From Candidatus Omnitrophota bacterium (GTDB taxonomy: Bacteria > Omnitrophota > Gorgyraeia > Tantalellales > Tantalellaceae), in assembly GCA_015231405.1 (NCBI GenBank), contig JADGBR010000002.1:4642-68641 (forward strand): 64,000 nt of DNA. Direction: 5' to 3'. Position numbers and translations under genes: made by a program. Position 1 is the first letter of the stretch; each line of letters opens with the position of its first letter. Under the pieces are notes generated by a model, which was not told the origin of the DNA, ran no database searches, and was given only the letters and a program-made list of their open reading frames with translations. This document shows, one piece after another, positions 27,129 through 36,410 of this stretch.

Positions 27129-28395
27129 GTTTCCCCGATTGCGGCGTCATTTTTTCACCCTCCGCCGCCATGCTCAGATATCCTTTTTCCCGAAGCGCGT
27201 TCAATACCGTCCTGGCGACAAGTTCATTCCCGAGCTTACTATAATGCCCGCCGTAGACATTGTCATCTGAGTACAACTCGTCCAGGTCTCCCCTTCCCAA
27301 AAGTATTTCCGTCATGTCCACGGTCAGGACCTTATTCGATATATCCCCGATAACCTTCTCGTAATAGTTCCCTCTCTCCCTTATAAAAAGCACGTCATCT
27401 TTTTGCGGCATAAAAAGAAACACAGGCTGTATTCCTTTCTCCTCCGCCGTTCGAGAGAACTTTGATACGAGCGCAGAAAAGATCCCTCTAGAGTATCTTT
27501 CGCCGAATAACCTGACCCTGAGGTCCCTGTTTATTTCCATTATCTTCATCATGGGATATTCATCTATACGGGAGTTCGTTACGCCAAAAGCCCGGTAAAG
27601 TTTGGACATGAGAAGCGCCGTGATTATCGGGATATTACGCCCGGGCTTACGCAGCACGGAATAAAGGTACGGGAACCTCAGCATTTCGTCCCTGAACTTT
27701 GTCCGATAAAAGAAATCATTGCTCCTTATCCCGTCCAGGAATTCTTCGTACCTCCCTAGTTTCGAGGCATCGTCGATGATGTTATCGATCCTTACCAGAA
27801 GGCCATCCCTGAGGTCAAATCTGGGTTTAAACCCGAAGGTATTACCGAATTCGTTATAATGTTTCCAAACGCATAATATCCTCACGATAGTGGACGGGAC
27901 TACCCCCATAATGACTATCTCGGGATCAATGCGCCCAAGCTCCCTCTCCATGCGGATATAAGCTTGATCAAGTCCGTAGTTCCCAACCCCGAAATTAACG
28001 ACCCCCGCCCCTGAGAAGGACGCGAGGAACCACGGCCAGGTCTCGTCATCGTTCGTCTGGCGGCAAAATGTAAAAGAATCCCCGAAACAGGCTATCTTCA
28101 AGGGAAGGGATCCAAGCCCCGGATGGCGGCGCGCCCCGCGATCGTCCATATGGTAACTGGTAGAACCGTGTTTCCCCTTTTCCGGGTGAGACGTGTTAGG
28201 CTTTCTTATCCACCCCAGTTCGGGGTCGTAACCGTGTTCCAGGAACTTCTTTAACCCTTCCGGGTCTAAAACCGGACGCTCATCGCGCGGGGTGATGAGC
28301 CACTGAAAATCCCGCCTTAAACGCCCGACTGTAAAGGCTACCGCCAGCTCGAAAAGGAAAAGTACTGCCAGGATAACTATCGCCGCGATCGGCAT
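27118..28395 (-). CDS. Membrane-anchored SGNH/GDSL hydrolase-family protein
   Basis: N-terminal TM helix and block I CFGDSFTF. 425 aa. Confidence 0.45.
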   Translation of the reverse strand: MPIAAIVILAVLFLFELAVAFTVGRLRRDFQWLITPRDERPVLDPEGLKKFLEHGYDPELGWIRKPNTSHPEKGKHGSTSYHMDDRGARRHPGLGSLPLKIACFGDSFTFCRQTNDDETWPWFLASFSGAGVVNFGVGNYGLDQAYIRMERELGRIDPEIVIMGVVPSTIVRILCVWKHYNEFGNTFGFKPRFDLRDGLLVRIDNIIDDASKLGRYEEFLDGIRSNDFFYRTKFRDEMLRFPYLYSVLRKPGRNIPIITALLMSKLYRAFGVTNSRIDEYPMMKIMEINRDLRVRLFGERYSRGIFSALVSKFSRTAEEKGIQPVFLFMPQKDDVLFIRERGNYYEKVIGDISNKVLTVDMTEILLGRGDLDELYSDDNVYGGHYSKLGNELVARTVLNALREKGYLSMAAEGEKMTPQSGKHEK

Positions 28396-28396
28396 A

Positions 28397-28918
28397 TCAG
28401 CGCCTCAATAAGGGTTTGATGCTCTTTATTATTTTTCCGCCTTCCCTGTACAGGTCATCCAATCCGCGGTCATTCTTTATGGTGAGATCCGGACCTAAGG
28501 GAGGCGGGAACGCTATATCCACTCCGACAACGTTCTTTATTTCGCCGTTAATAGCCTTTTTGTATATGCCTTTAGAGTCCCTCTGCACCAGGACGCCAAG
28601 ATCGGACTCGATATATACCTCGTAATAATCCCTGATGTTCTCCCTCATCCATCTCTGGCTTTCGTGGAACAGGGACAATACGGCGAAGATCACGTTTATT
28701 CCAGACGAATCAAGGTATTTACAGAGCCTTGTTATGCGGCCGGCGTTCTTCTTCCTGTCCTCGATCGTATGGCCGAGATCGTCGCCCATTATCTCCCTGA
28801 GTATATCCCCGTCCAAAAAAACCAGATTAGGGTATCCCGGTTTAAGTTCCTCATATACGCGTTTACCAAGCGCCGTCTTCCCGGAACCCGACATCCCGAT
28901 TATCCATAAGACCATCAA
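28397..28918 (-). CDS. Adenylylsulfate-kinase-fold kinase (CysC paralog; candidate Cj1415-like cytidine diphosphoramidate kinase)
   Basis: P-loop GMSGSGKT, LDGDILRE and RDSKGIYKKAINGEI are APS kinase motifs. 173 aa. Confidence 0.75.
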   Translation of the reverse strand: MMVLWIIGMSGSGKTALGKRVYEELKPGYPNLVFLDGDILREIMGDDLGHTIEDRKKNAGRITRLCKYLDSSGINVIFAVLSLFHESQRWMRENIRDYYEVYIESDLGVLVQRDSKGIYKKAINGEIKNVVGVDIAFPPPLGPDLTIKNDRGLDDLYREGGKIIKSIKPLLRR

Positions 28919-28928
28919 TCACTCCCCT

Positions 28929-29729
28929 TTATTCCATACCCGGTTTATGCGCTATCAATACATAAATATTGCAAAATTGTTCCGGAAATAACCTGATAAG
29001 CGACCTCTGGATCAGGGAGGCGAAAGGCGAAAGCTTGTAGCCTTCCTTTCTCCCAAGATTCTCGTTAAACTCCTTATGCGCTTTATCCCTAAAGAACCTG
29101 AACTTGTAAAACAAAGGCATATTCTCGACCGGATATACTTCTTCGACCCAAAAACCGGCCTTAGTGAACAGTTCGACGAACTCCGCTCGTTTTAAATTTC
29201 GTTTGTGAAATTTATCCGGCGCGGCTTTAACCCCTTTTTTCCTGGCCGATCGCTCGTAAAGCCGGTCAGTTAGCCATGTCTCGACGTTATCCGCGCGAAA
29301 AGACGCGCATACTTTCCCTCCCGGTGATACGATGCGAAAGGTCTCACGTATGGCCACATCCAGGCCATTCTCGAGATTATGATACAAACCGAACGCCAAG
29401 ACATAGCCGAAATACCCGTCGGGGTACCTGAGGCCGGTGATATCCCCAACCTCTGCTTTGAGCTTAGGATCATGCTCTTTAAGCTTTCTGATCACTCCCT
29501 CGATAAAATCTATACCCGTTATATCGTACCCTTTATCGGCAAAATACCTGAGAACCCTTCCCGCGCCGCATCCCGCCTCCAATATCCTTTGGCCCGGGGA
29601 CCCGACCGTCATTTTAGCGTATTTCAGGGGGTATACATCAGGGTTATCCATAGGCTGGTCCACGGGTATATCATCCCATCTTTTAAACCAGTATTCGTTA
29701 TTGTCCTTCCAACGGTAAGTTATTCTCAT
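28929..29729 (-). CDS. Class I SAM-dependent methyltransferase
   Basis: ILEAGCGAGRVLRYF motif I. 266 aa. Confidence 0.75.
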   Translation of the reverse strand: MRITYRWKDNNEYWFKRWDDIPVDQPMDNPDVYPLKYAKMTVGSPGQRILEAGCGAGRVLRYFADKGYDITGIDFIEGVIRKLKEHDPKLKAEVGDITGLRYPDGYFGYVLAFGLYHNLENGLDVAIRETFRIVSPGGKVCASFRADNVETWLTDRLYERSARKKGVKAAPDKFHKRNLKRAEFVELFTKAGFWVEEVYPVENMPLFYKFRFFRDKAHKEFNENLGRKEGYKLSPFASLIQRSLIRLFPEQFCNIYVLIAHKPGME

Positions 29730-29813
29730 ATTATCCTTTCCGGTTCCTCCCTCGTTATGACCGATTATATCAAATACCGGCTCATCGTTCCATACCGCTT
29801 TGGCGGCGGTCCA

Positions 29814-32003
29814 TTATAACGCTATCACTACCCGTTTACCCGCCTTGAGGTATTCCAGTGCGCTGTTTACGTGTAGGTTCAAAGCTTCAACGAATTCATT
29901 TTTCACCGCCAGAGGGACCTCGGCGACGATATTACTCTTTTCTCCCCTGTCCTTTTTGAGATCGTACATCTCAAAGACCTCATTTCTCCGCTCGAAGTTC
30001 GCGAAAGAAGAGCAGTCGAATTCCGTCCTGTAGATGAAAGAATAATTCCTGTCGCGAAGAGATATCGAGCACCTTTTGACGTAGATATCCTCGCTTATCG
30101 CGAATCGCCTTCCGGCTAAGGCCGCCTCATCCAAAAGGCTTTTACCCGAAAAACGCTGGCCTTTCGGGTCTATTCCGGCAAGGTCCAGGACAGTCGGGGC
30201 GATATCGATATTTGCCTCAACGGGTGAATCTTCGAGCCTCGGAACGAGCCCTAAACCCGCCGGGAATTTGACCGACATCCCCACGTTAACGAACTCGCCG
30301 TACAGGTCGAACTTCCCTATCACGCCGTGTTCAGCGAAATTCGTGCCGTGATCACCCATGATGATCACCAGAGAATCGTCATATTTATCCATATCCTTGA
30401 GGTAAGCGACGAATCTGTCGATGTGATGCATGCATAGGTCCAGTTCGGCTTTGTACAGATCGTTAAAATACAGCAATTGTTCATTTGTAAAGTCCAGCGC
30501 TCCCGGGACCTTCCTGTTCGCCTTCACGTCGCGAACTACGTCTTCAGTGGAGATCCTGTTAAGGACCCATTCCCGGTCCCGCGGAGGATAATAAGGCCAA
30601 TGAGCGTCCAGAATATGCAGGTAATAGAACTGGCGGCCTCTCGCCCCTGATTTTCTGTCCGCTTCCATTGCCCACGAGAAGGCCCTCTCCACGGTAGACT
30701 CGTTAAGTTCCTTATCGGTGATCCTGTAGTGATACCTGTCAAAGCCCCGGGAATAACCGTAATTCGGGACAGTCCTCGGCCCGGTCGCGTAGCCGTTAGT
30801 GATATATCCGTTCTCTTTCAGGATCTCCGGCAACAGCCTTATCTCTGAGCCTATCCCTTTCTGCGTCCTCGGATGGTTCACCCCGTGGTAAGATGGAAAA
30901 AGACCGGAGAGGAACGCGCCATAAGTGGGTAATGTCCATGGGCCCTGAGTCCAGGCGTTAGAAAATACGACGCTGTCCTTTATCATGCCGGAAAGGGCAC
31001 CGAACCCGCGCTCTTTCATCCCCTCGGCCGAAAGGAAATGGTCGCTCCTCAAACTGTCAACGACCAGAACGTAAATATTCATGTCTTTTCCGGGAGCACA
31101 CCGGGCACCGCCGAAAAGAGGTAAACTCACATAACACTTCGCGCCTTGGGCCCCTTCCGCCGAAAATCTTATCGATTTGAATTTGTCGTGTTCATGTCCG
31201 TTCCCGAGCGGCACAAGGCAGTCATTCCATACCCTGTCCCTGAAATACCGGTTGGGGTTGATGTCCTTGATGAAAAGATCTTCCTCGCCGCCGGATCCGC
31301 GCACCCCTTTTACCGTGAGCCTCGGAGCCTTAGGGGAAATCTCTTTTACCCCTACTCCCAAAGGCAGGACTTCATTATCGCCGACCGCCACATCGTGGCT
31401 CTGGCCGTTCCTGACCGCGAAACAGTTCCTCAGTTCATCACCTATCTGTACCTTCCCCGTCCCGCTCCTCGGCACTCCGGACGGAAGAGCGTCGTGTACC
31501 GACCTGTCCAGGCCTATGGCTCTGGCCACCGTCATGTCAAAATGCTTTCTTTTAGACAAATAGGCTTTATAAGCGAATAACATGACGGCATTGGCCGCGA
31601 TAAAAGCGGCCAACGCAGGGGCGGTTCCCACTCCCAAAAGACATAAACCCGATACCACGGCGACACAGAGCTGAAAACAGGCATCCCTCACGCAAACTCC
31701 GTAATTCGTCCTATAGATCATGAACCAATATCCCGAAAGAAAGTAGGCCAGATAAAAGAACGAAGCCACGCCAAGAGCGAAAGAAAGGATGACCCGGATA
31801 TCGGCAAGGAACACCGCTCCGCCGCCCAACAAATCCCGAAAGAATATATAATTCCCGGCCACACCAACTGAACATATGATTCCCAGACGCATATCCTTCC
31901 CCGCCATGCGTATAAGCTCAAGCCAGAAAATGAGGAAGCGGCCCGCTCGCGTCCATTCCGAGATCTTCAGCTTAAAAATACTGAAATGGTTATCCACTGG
32001 CAC
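29814..32003 (-). CDS. Membrane-anchored sulfatase / alkaline-phosphatase-superfamily protein (LtaS/EptA-like architecture)
   Basis: N-terminal multi-TM region followed by a sulfatase-type domain (NIYVLVVDSLRSDHF...GPWTLPTYGAFLSG). The canonical C/S-x-P-x-R motif is not intact. Confidence 0.55.
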   Translation of the reverse strand: MPVDNHFSIFKLKISEWTRAGRFLIFWLELIRMAGKDMRLGIICSVGVAGNYIFFRDLLGGGAVFLADIRVILSFALGVASFFYLAYFLSGYWFMIYRTNYGVCVRDACFQLCVAVVSGLCLLGVGTAPALAAFIAANAVMLFAYKAYLSKRKHFDMTVARAIGLDRSVHDALPSGVPRSGTGKVQIGDELRNCFAVRNGQSHDVAVGDNEVLPLGVGVKEISPKAPRLTVKGVRGSGGEEDLFIKDINPNRYFRDRVWNDCLVPLGNGHEHDKFKSIRFSAEGAQGAKCYVSLPLFGGARCAPGKDMNIYVLVVDSLRSDHFLSAEGMKERGFGALSGMIKDSVVFSNAWTQGPWTLPTYGAFLSGLFPSYHGVNHPRTQKGIGSEIRLLPEILKENGYITNGYATGPRTVPNYGYSRGFDRYHYRITDKELNESTVERAFSWAMEADRKSGARGRQFYYLHILDAHWPYYPPRDREWVLNRISTEDVVRDVKANRKVPGALDFTNEQLLYFNDLYKAELDLCMHHIDRFVAYLKDMDKYDDSLVIIMGDHGTNFAEHGVIGKFDLYGEFVNVGMSVKFPAGLGLVPRLEDSPVEANIDIAPTVLDLAGIDPKGQRFSGKSLLDEAALAGRRFAISEDIYVKRCSISLRDRNYSFIYRTEFDCSSFANFERRNEVFEMYDLKKDRGEKSNIVAEVPLAVKNEFVEALNLHVNSALEYLKAGKRVVIAL

Positions 32004-33489
32004 CTCCGGTATCGGATGTTTTTTTCCTTTTGATCTTATCGGAGACCAGCTCCAATAAGATCTTCCCTATGCCCGTATTTTTGTCGATATAGGCGAGTCC
32101 GGCCAGTGTAAAAAGGCCGTACAGGACAGTTTTAACGGCAAGCTCAAGAGCTTCATTCCCGAATTTCACATAGGACCCAATCGCGAATACCACGAGAAAT
32201 ACCAGGATGAACGGCAGGAATGTCCGGGCGAGATATCCGGTAAAAGAGACGCCCTTGACAAGGCCGAAGATATCGACCGATATCACCAGGAACATGAGCA
32301 TCGCCGCGATCGAGCTCGAGACTGCCACTCCCGTGATACCGAACCCGTTCCTGATGGCGAAATAATTGAGGCCCGCGTTCACGGCGATGGCGCCTAAGGT
32401 CGTAAAAAGAAGGAACATTACCCTGTTATTCACTATGAGGTAGTTCTTTATATGCCCGGAGAGAACTATGAAGAAAGTGCATACAAGCATCATTTTCATC
32501 GCACCTATCCCGGGTCCGAAATCGGGCATCGTGTATTTGAAGAACACCGGAAGAAAAATGAAGCCCGCGCCGAGGATAAGCGACATTATGCCTGAAGTTA
32601 TCTCAGTATACCTTATGACATACCTCCCCGTCGCGGAAACATCCTTCGATCTTCCCAGATCCTCGATAAAATACGGGGACAACACCGAAGCGAAGTTCTG
32701 CGAAAGCTCGGTCGTATACGATCTCGCCATAGTGGCGATCGAATAGTACCCAAGAGGGATAAGACCCAGCATCTTAGCTATCATCATGCTGTCGACGCTG
32801 TAAAAAAGAACTATACACGACGCCGAAATGGATATCGGGAACCCGAACTTCACGTATTCCGTTATCTTTTTCCAGTCCAGGACGGGGACCACTTCATACC
32901 TGACGTGGCAGAACACGTAAGCAATATTCAAAACCGGCAGGATGACGCTCAAGGCGTACATCCCGTATATCTTGAACCTCGCGACTAACAGGACTATAAG
33001 CAGGAGATTCATCGCGCTGTCGAATATGTACGAACCGCCAAGGATCTTGAAATCTTTGTGGGCCCTCAGCAGCATGGTATAAAAAGCCATAACTCTTTGA
33101 ATGATAAAAAAGACCGGCAGGACAAGAAAACCTATGAAAAGCTCATGCGCGATCCTGCCTTTCAGAAAGAACGCCGCGATAAGGAACACCAGCGCGACGA
33201 GGGCGTTCATGAGGAACATGAAAGCGAAAACCGTGCCCTGTATCTCGTTCACCTTTCGGATATCCCCGCCGCCTTTAAAATACGGCACCTTAAAATACAG
33301 GAACTGAAGCGCACCGAGGTCGTTATACGACGCGTATCCCATAAATACCCTAATAAGACCCCACATTCCCGTGTAAAGCGGCCCGAGAAAATTTCTCATG
33401 AGAACTGATATGAAAAACCCTATGAACTGGCTGATATATCGGCCGGCGCTGTATGACACTATGTTACCGATTATGTCTTTTTTTCGCAT
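31990..33489 (-). CDS. wzx: Oligosaccharide flippase (Wzx/MOP superfamily)
   Basis: 499 aa with 12-14 TM helices and a polysaccharide-biosynthesis-protein-type N-terminus. Confidence 0.65.
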   Translation of the reverse strand: MRKKDIIGNIVSYSAGRYISQFIGFFISVLMRNFLGPLYTGMWGLIRVFMGYASYNDLGALQFLYFKVPYFKGGGDIRKVNEIQGTVFAFMFLMNALVALVFLIAAFFLKGRIAHELFIGFLVLPVFFIIQRVMAFYTMLLRAHKDFKILGGSYIFDSAMNLLLIVLLVARFKIYGMYALSVILPVLNIAYVFCHVRYEVVPVLDWKKITEYVKFGFPISISASCIVLFYSVDSMMIAKMLGLIPLGYYSIATMARSYTTELSQNFASVLSPYFIEDLGRSKDVSATGRYVIRYTEITSGIMSLILGAGFIFLPVFFKYTMPDFGPGIGAMKMMLVCTFFIVLSGHIKNYLIVNNRVMFLLFTTLGAIAVNAGLNYFAIRNGFGITGVAVSSSIAAMLMFLVISVDIFGLVKGVSFTGYLARTFLPFILVFLVVFAIGSYVKFGNEALELAVKTVLYGLFTLAGLAYIDKNTGIGKILLELVSDKIKRKKTSDTGGASG

Positions 33490-33505
33490 TATCCCCTTGA
33501 TCCCT

Positions 33506-34519
33506 TCAGGTTTTTTCTATCACAAAATGCGGCTTCACGAAGAAATTATCATTGCAATTCGCGCATAACGGGATCATCCCGTATCCGCCGTCGACATGGA
33601 TCTTTCTTACCTCGCGCATCCTTTGGCCGTTCCAGAGCCCTTTAAGGCTGCCTTCCCTGAAAACGTTACCCACATTGTTATCGACGTCGTAATCCCAGCA
33701 GCATATAGGTATATCCCCGTTGACCGCTACGGTTATCATATGGTTCCAGAGCCTGCCGCAAGGCACCTTCACCTGCCTTCCCGCCGAATCGCCCGAATAC
33801 TCTATCCCTGTTAAACCGGCGTAATTTGTGGCGTACAGAAGGGCTATCTCGTCCAGTCCCGATACCAGCCTCTCTTTCCATTTCACGCGGTACTCATCGA
33901 CCTCGTGTTTATTCTTGCCGTAAACAGCCATTTGCATGCGCACCCTTAGATCGGTCCTGCCGAGCTCTTTCCTTACCTTGAGAAATGATACAATGTTATT
34001 CTCCACGGTCTCGAATTCAAGCCCCTTCCTTATCTCCTCATATGTTCCCCTTGTCGCGCCGTCCACGGAGAAGCTGATCGCTTTCCAGGGATACCCCAGC
34101 AAACGGCGCGACGCGGCCTCATCCAGAAGACTCGCGTTGGTCGTTATCGAGACGAGCTCCATGCCCTTGGCTATAGCGTAATCCATTTTGTCGAATATCC
34201 CTTTATCCGTAAAGGGCTCGCCAAGCTGGCCGAGGTATAGCCTCTTTATGTTCTCCGCCGCGGCGATATCTATTATCCGCGCGTAATCCTGAAGGGGCAT
34301 TATCTTTTTATTCCGCTTCATGTCTTTATACGCGCACATCTCGCATCGGGCGTTGCATACGTTCGTGTTCTCGACGGCGATATCCGTCAGAACGACGTTC
34401 CCGGACCTTTCGGACCACAACCGCTTGTAATAAGCGAGGATCAACGCCTTTACGATGTTGTTCGATATCAATCCCGGATTATTGAACAATAGCCTTTTCA
34501 CATTTTCTTTGATGCTCAT
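33506..34519 (-). CDS. Radical SAM protein with C-terminal SPASM/twitch domain
   Basis: CNARCEMCAY (CxxxCxxC). C-terminal Cys cluster CCWDYD...CANCN. Confidence 0.8.
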   Translation of the reverse strand: MSIKENVKRLLFNNPGLISNNIVKALILAYYKRLWSERSGNVVLTDIAVENTNVCNARCEMCAYKDMKRNKKIMPLQDYARIIDIAAAENIKRLYLGQLGEPFTDKGIFDKMDYAIAKGMELVSITTNASLLDEAASRRLLGYPWKAISFSVDGATRGTYEEIRKGLEFETVENNIVSFLKVRKELGRTDLRVRMQMAVYGKNKHEVDEYRVKWKERLVSGLDEIALLYATNYAGLTGIEYSGDSAGRQVKVPCGRLWNHMITVAVNGDIPICCWDYDVDNNVGNVFREGSLKGLWNGQRMREVRKIHVDGGYGMIPLCANCNDNFFVKPHFVIEKT

Positions 34520-34525
34520 GCTACC

Positions 34526-36394
34526 TCACTTACCCAACAGTTCAAATATTTTAGCGACGGTCCTTTCGGTGTTACACCCGTCATTTTTTCCAAGATACCG
34601 TTCAATTTTCTCCCGGCTCATACTTTTCCCGTGAAAGGCGCTATTATCCGGGTGGCACTTCATCACTTTCCCGATAAACCGTCTCAACGCTTCCCTATCC
34701 CCGGCTATCTCGCACAACCCTTCCTTAGCGAACGGGAAACCGTCTTCGATCCCGAAAAAACTGAGGACGAGAGTAGGAATATCCAAAAGCAGCGCCTCAA
34801 CTATCGAAGGGGTCCAGTACCCGATGAACATGGCGTCACATTGTGGCAGGATATCGAAAAAATCGCAGTTTTCAAGACATAATTCGATGCCGCATCGATG
34901 TCCCTTAAAGGGAGCGGTAGCCTCCGTCCAGAGCTGCTTCTCGTTCTTGAACCTGGCCATGTCGGACGGATGGGGGCGCACTATAAGCCTGGCGTCATAG
35001 TCCTTTATCTCAAGAAGAACGGCCCTCAGGTACGCTTTCATATGATCGCCTCTTTCAAATTGCGTCAAACCCATATAAGCCGGATGAGTCAGCTGAAAAT
35101 CGTTCAGAGATGTACCGCAAAATAAAAAAACGGGACGCTCTCCGTTTCTATTTCCGTTACGCTTCTTTTTCCCGAAAAACGCGTCGTTCTTCGGTATCCC
35201 GGTCGGGTGGATATGTTCCCCGTCCCACCCCCTCGCCATGTATAGTTCCTTTTCAAAATCAGAATTGACAAATGTTTCCGTCAGGAAAAATCTCATTTTA
35301 TCACCTGGGACCGAGAATCTCTGCGCACCGTACCCGTGCGAAACACAGAACCTCGGTATGCCCCTCTCCTTGAAAAATGCAGCCATAAAACCGCGTTTCG
35401 GCCCCCAATCCTCGTCGACGAGAAGCGCCTTCACTTTCAGCTTCGCGAGCAGCCTGTCATATATGGCGTAGTCTCTAGCATATGTCCTGATATGCTCCCG
35501 GCATGTCGCCCTTATAGCGCCGGATATTGAGCGCCCGAGGTCTTTTCCCCTGAAATTGAACCATCCCCGCGACTCTAAAGTTCCTAAAACACCCGTGAAA
35601 TATTCGTTGTAAGCCGCTGAAGCCGCCTTCTCCAGCCGGGAAGAACGAAAAGTATCCGGCACTAAATAACCGAACCCGTTCGCTTCCGAGAACCTGTACT
35701 GTTCAAGATGAAAATCAAAATCGTACAAAGACACGTCGTGCCCCGTTTTTTTTATCCCGGCTAGCACCGGACCCAGGTGCCTTAAAGACCCGCATGAGAG
35801 AAAGATCTCCCGTCTACGCCCCACGGGCGGAAGTGCTGAATAACATTTCTGTATGACCTTCCGGAGGGTCTCTTTTACCAGGACAGCCCCGGAGGATACC
35901 CTCCCACGAAAAACATGGATATTGTTCACCTCGTACCCGTATTTAGCGCTCATTTCCCTTAAGGCTGAGCTTAAAAGAACGTTACCGTTAAATCCCGGAA
36001 AGGTTGAGGTATCCGCCTGGTCGAACAGGATCACTTCCTCCGGCCTGAATTTTTCCGACAGGTATTCGGCGTAAAGATAGTTCTTAAGAAAAGCCACAAG
36101 ATAGCACGTTAAAAAAACATAGAGCGCGTTATTGATCTCTATGCCGCGAAAATGACCCGATCGGCCTGTGGCTTCCGTCCAGTTCAGGGCTTTATCGAAC
36201 GCCCAGAGATTTATCTCATTCCATAGGGCCTTCAAAGCGCCTTCTTCGACAACGACATACTCCTGATCATTCGCGTCGAGAAAAGTCCTGAACGGCAGGC
36301 TGTCGCATACCACGACGATATCGCCGGCGTCCGGAACGCTCTCCTTAAAGGCCTTATACTGTTCCTCATTGGATAATACGGCCAACCGCTTCAT
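34526..36394 (-). CDS. TagB/TagF-like CDP-alcohol:glycan phosphotransferase family protein (tentative)
   Basis: 622 aa. IHPTGIPKND resembles the TagF GYPRxD motif and PVFLFCGTS resembles ILYAPTWR. There are conserved His residues. Confidence 0.4.
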   Translation of the reverse strand: MKRLAVLSNEEQYKAFKESVPDAGDIVVVCDSLPFRTFLDANDQEYVVVEEGALKALWNEINLWAFDKALNWTEATGRSGHFRGIEINNALYVFLTCYLVAFLKNYLYAEYLSEKFRPEEVILFDQADTSTFPGFNGNVLLSSALREMSAKYGYEVNNIHVFRGRVSSGAVLVKETLRKVIQKCYSALPPVGRRREIFLSCGSLRHLGPVLAGIKKTGHDVSLYDFDFHLEQYRFSEANGFGYLVPDTFRSSRLEKAASAAYNEYFTGVLGTLESRGWFNFRGKDLGRSISGAIRATCREHIRTYARDYAIYDRLLAKLKVKALLVDEDWGPKRGFMAAFFKERGIPRFCVSHGYGAQRFSVPGDKMRFFLTETFVNSDFEKELYMARGWDGEHIHPTGIPKNDAFFGKKKRNGNRNGERPVFLFCGTSLNDFQLTHPAYMGLTQFERGDHMKAYLRAVLLEIKDYDARLIVRPHPSDMARFKNEKQLWTEATAPFKGHRCGIELCLENCDFFDILPQCDAMFIGYWTPSIVEALLLDIPTLVLSFFGIEDGFPFAKEGLCEIAGDREALRRFIGKVMKCHPDNSAFHGKSMSREKIERYLGKNDGCNTERTVAKIFELLGK

Positions 36395-36410
36395 TCTTCT
36401 CCTCGTTTGA

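Noticed and set aside
28397-28918. Annotating the second APS-kinase-fold gene simply as cysC
   Set aside because: Its genomic context (next to the PEP-synthase-like kinase, GATase and nucleotidyltransferase) mirrors Cj1415 rather than a sulfate-assimilation operon. The bona fide cysDNC set is 30 kb away. The fold call is kept, but the function is left open.
29814-32003. Calling the sulfatase-fold protein an arylsulfatase
   Set aside because: The formylglycine-generating C/S-x-P-x-R signature is not intact, so hydrolytic sulfatase function is unsupported.
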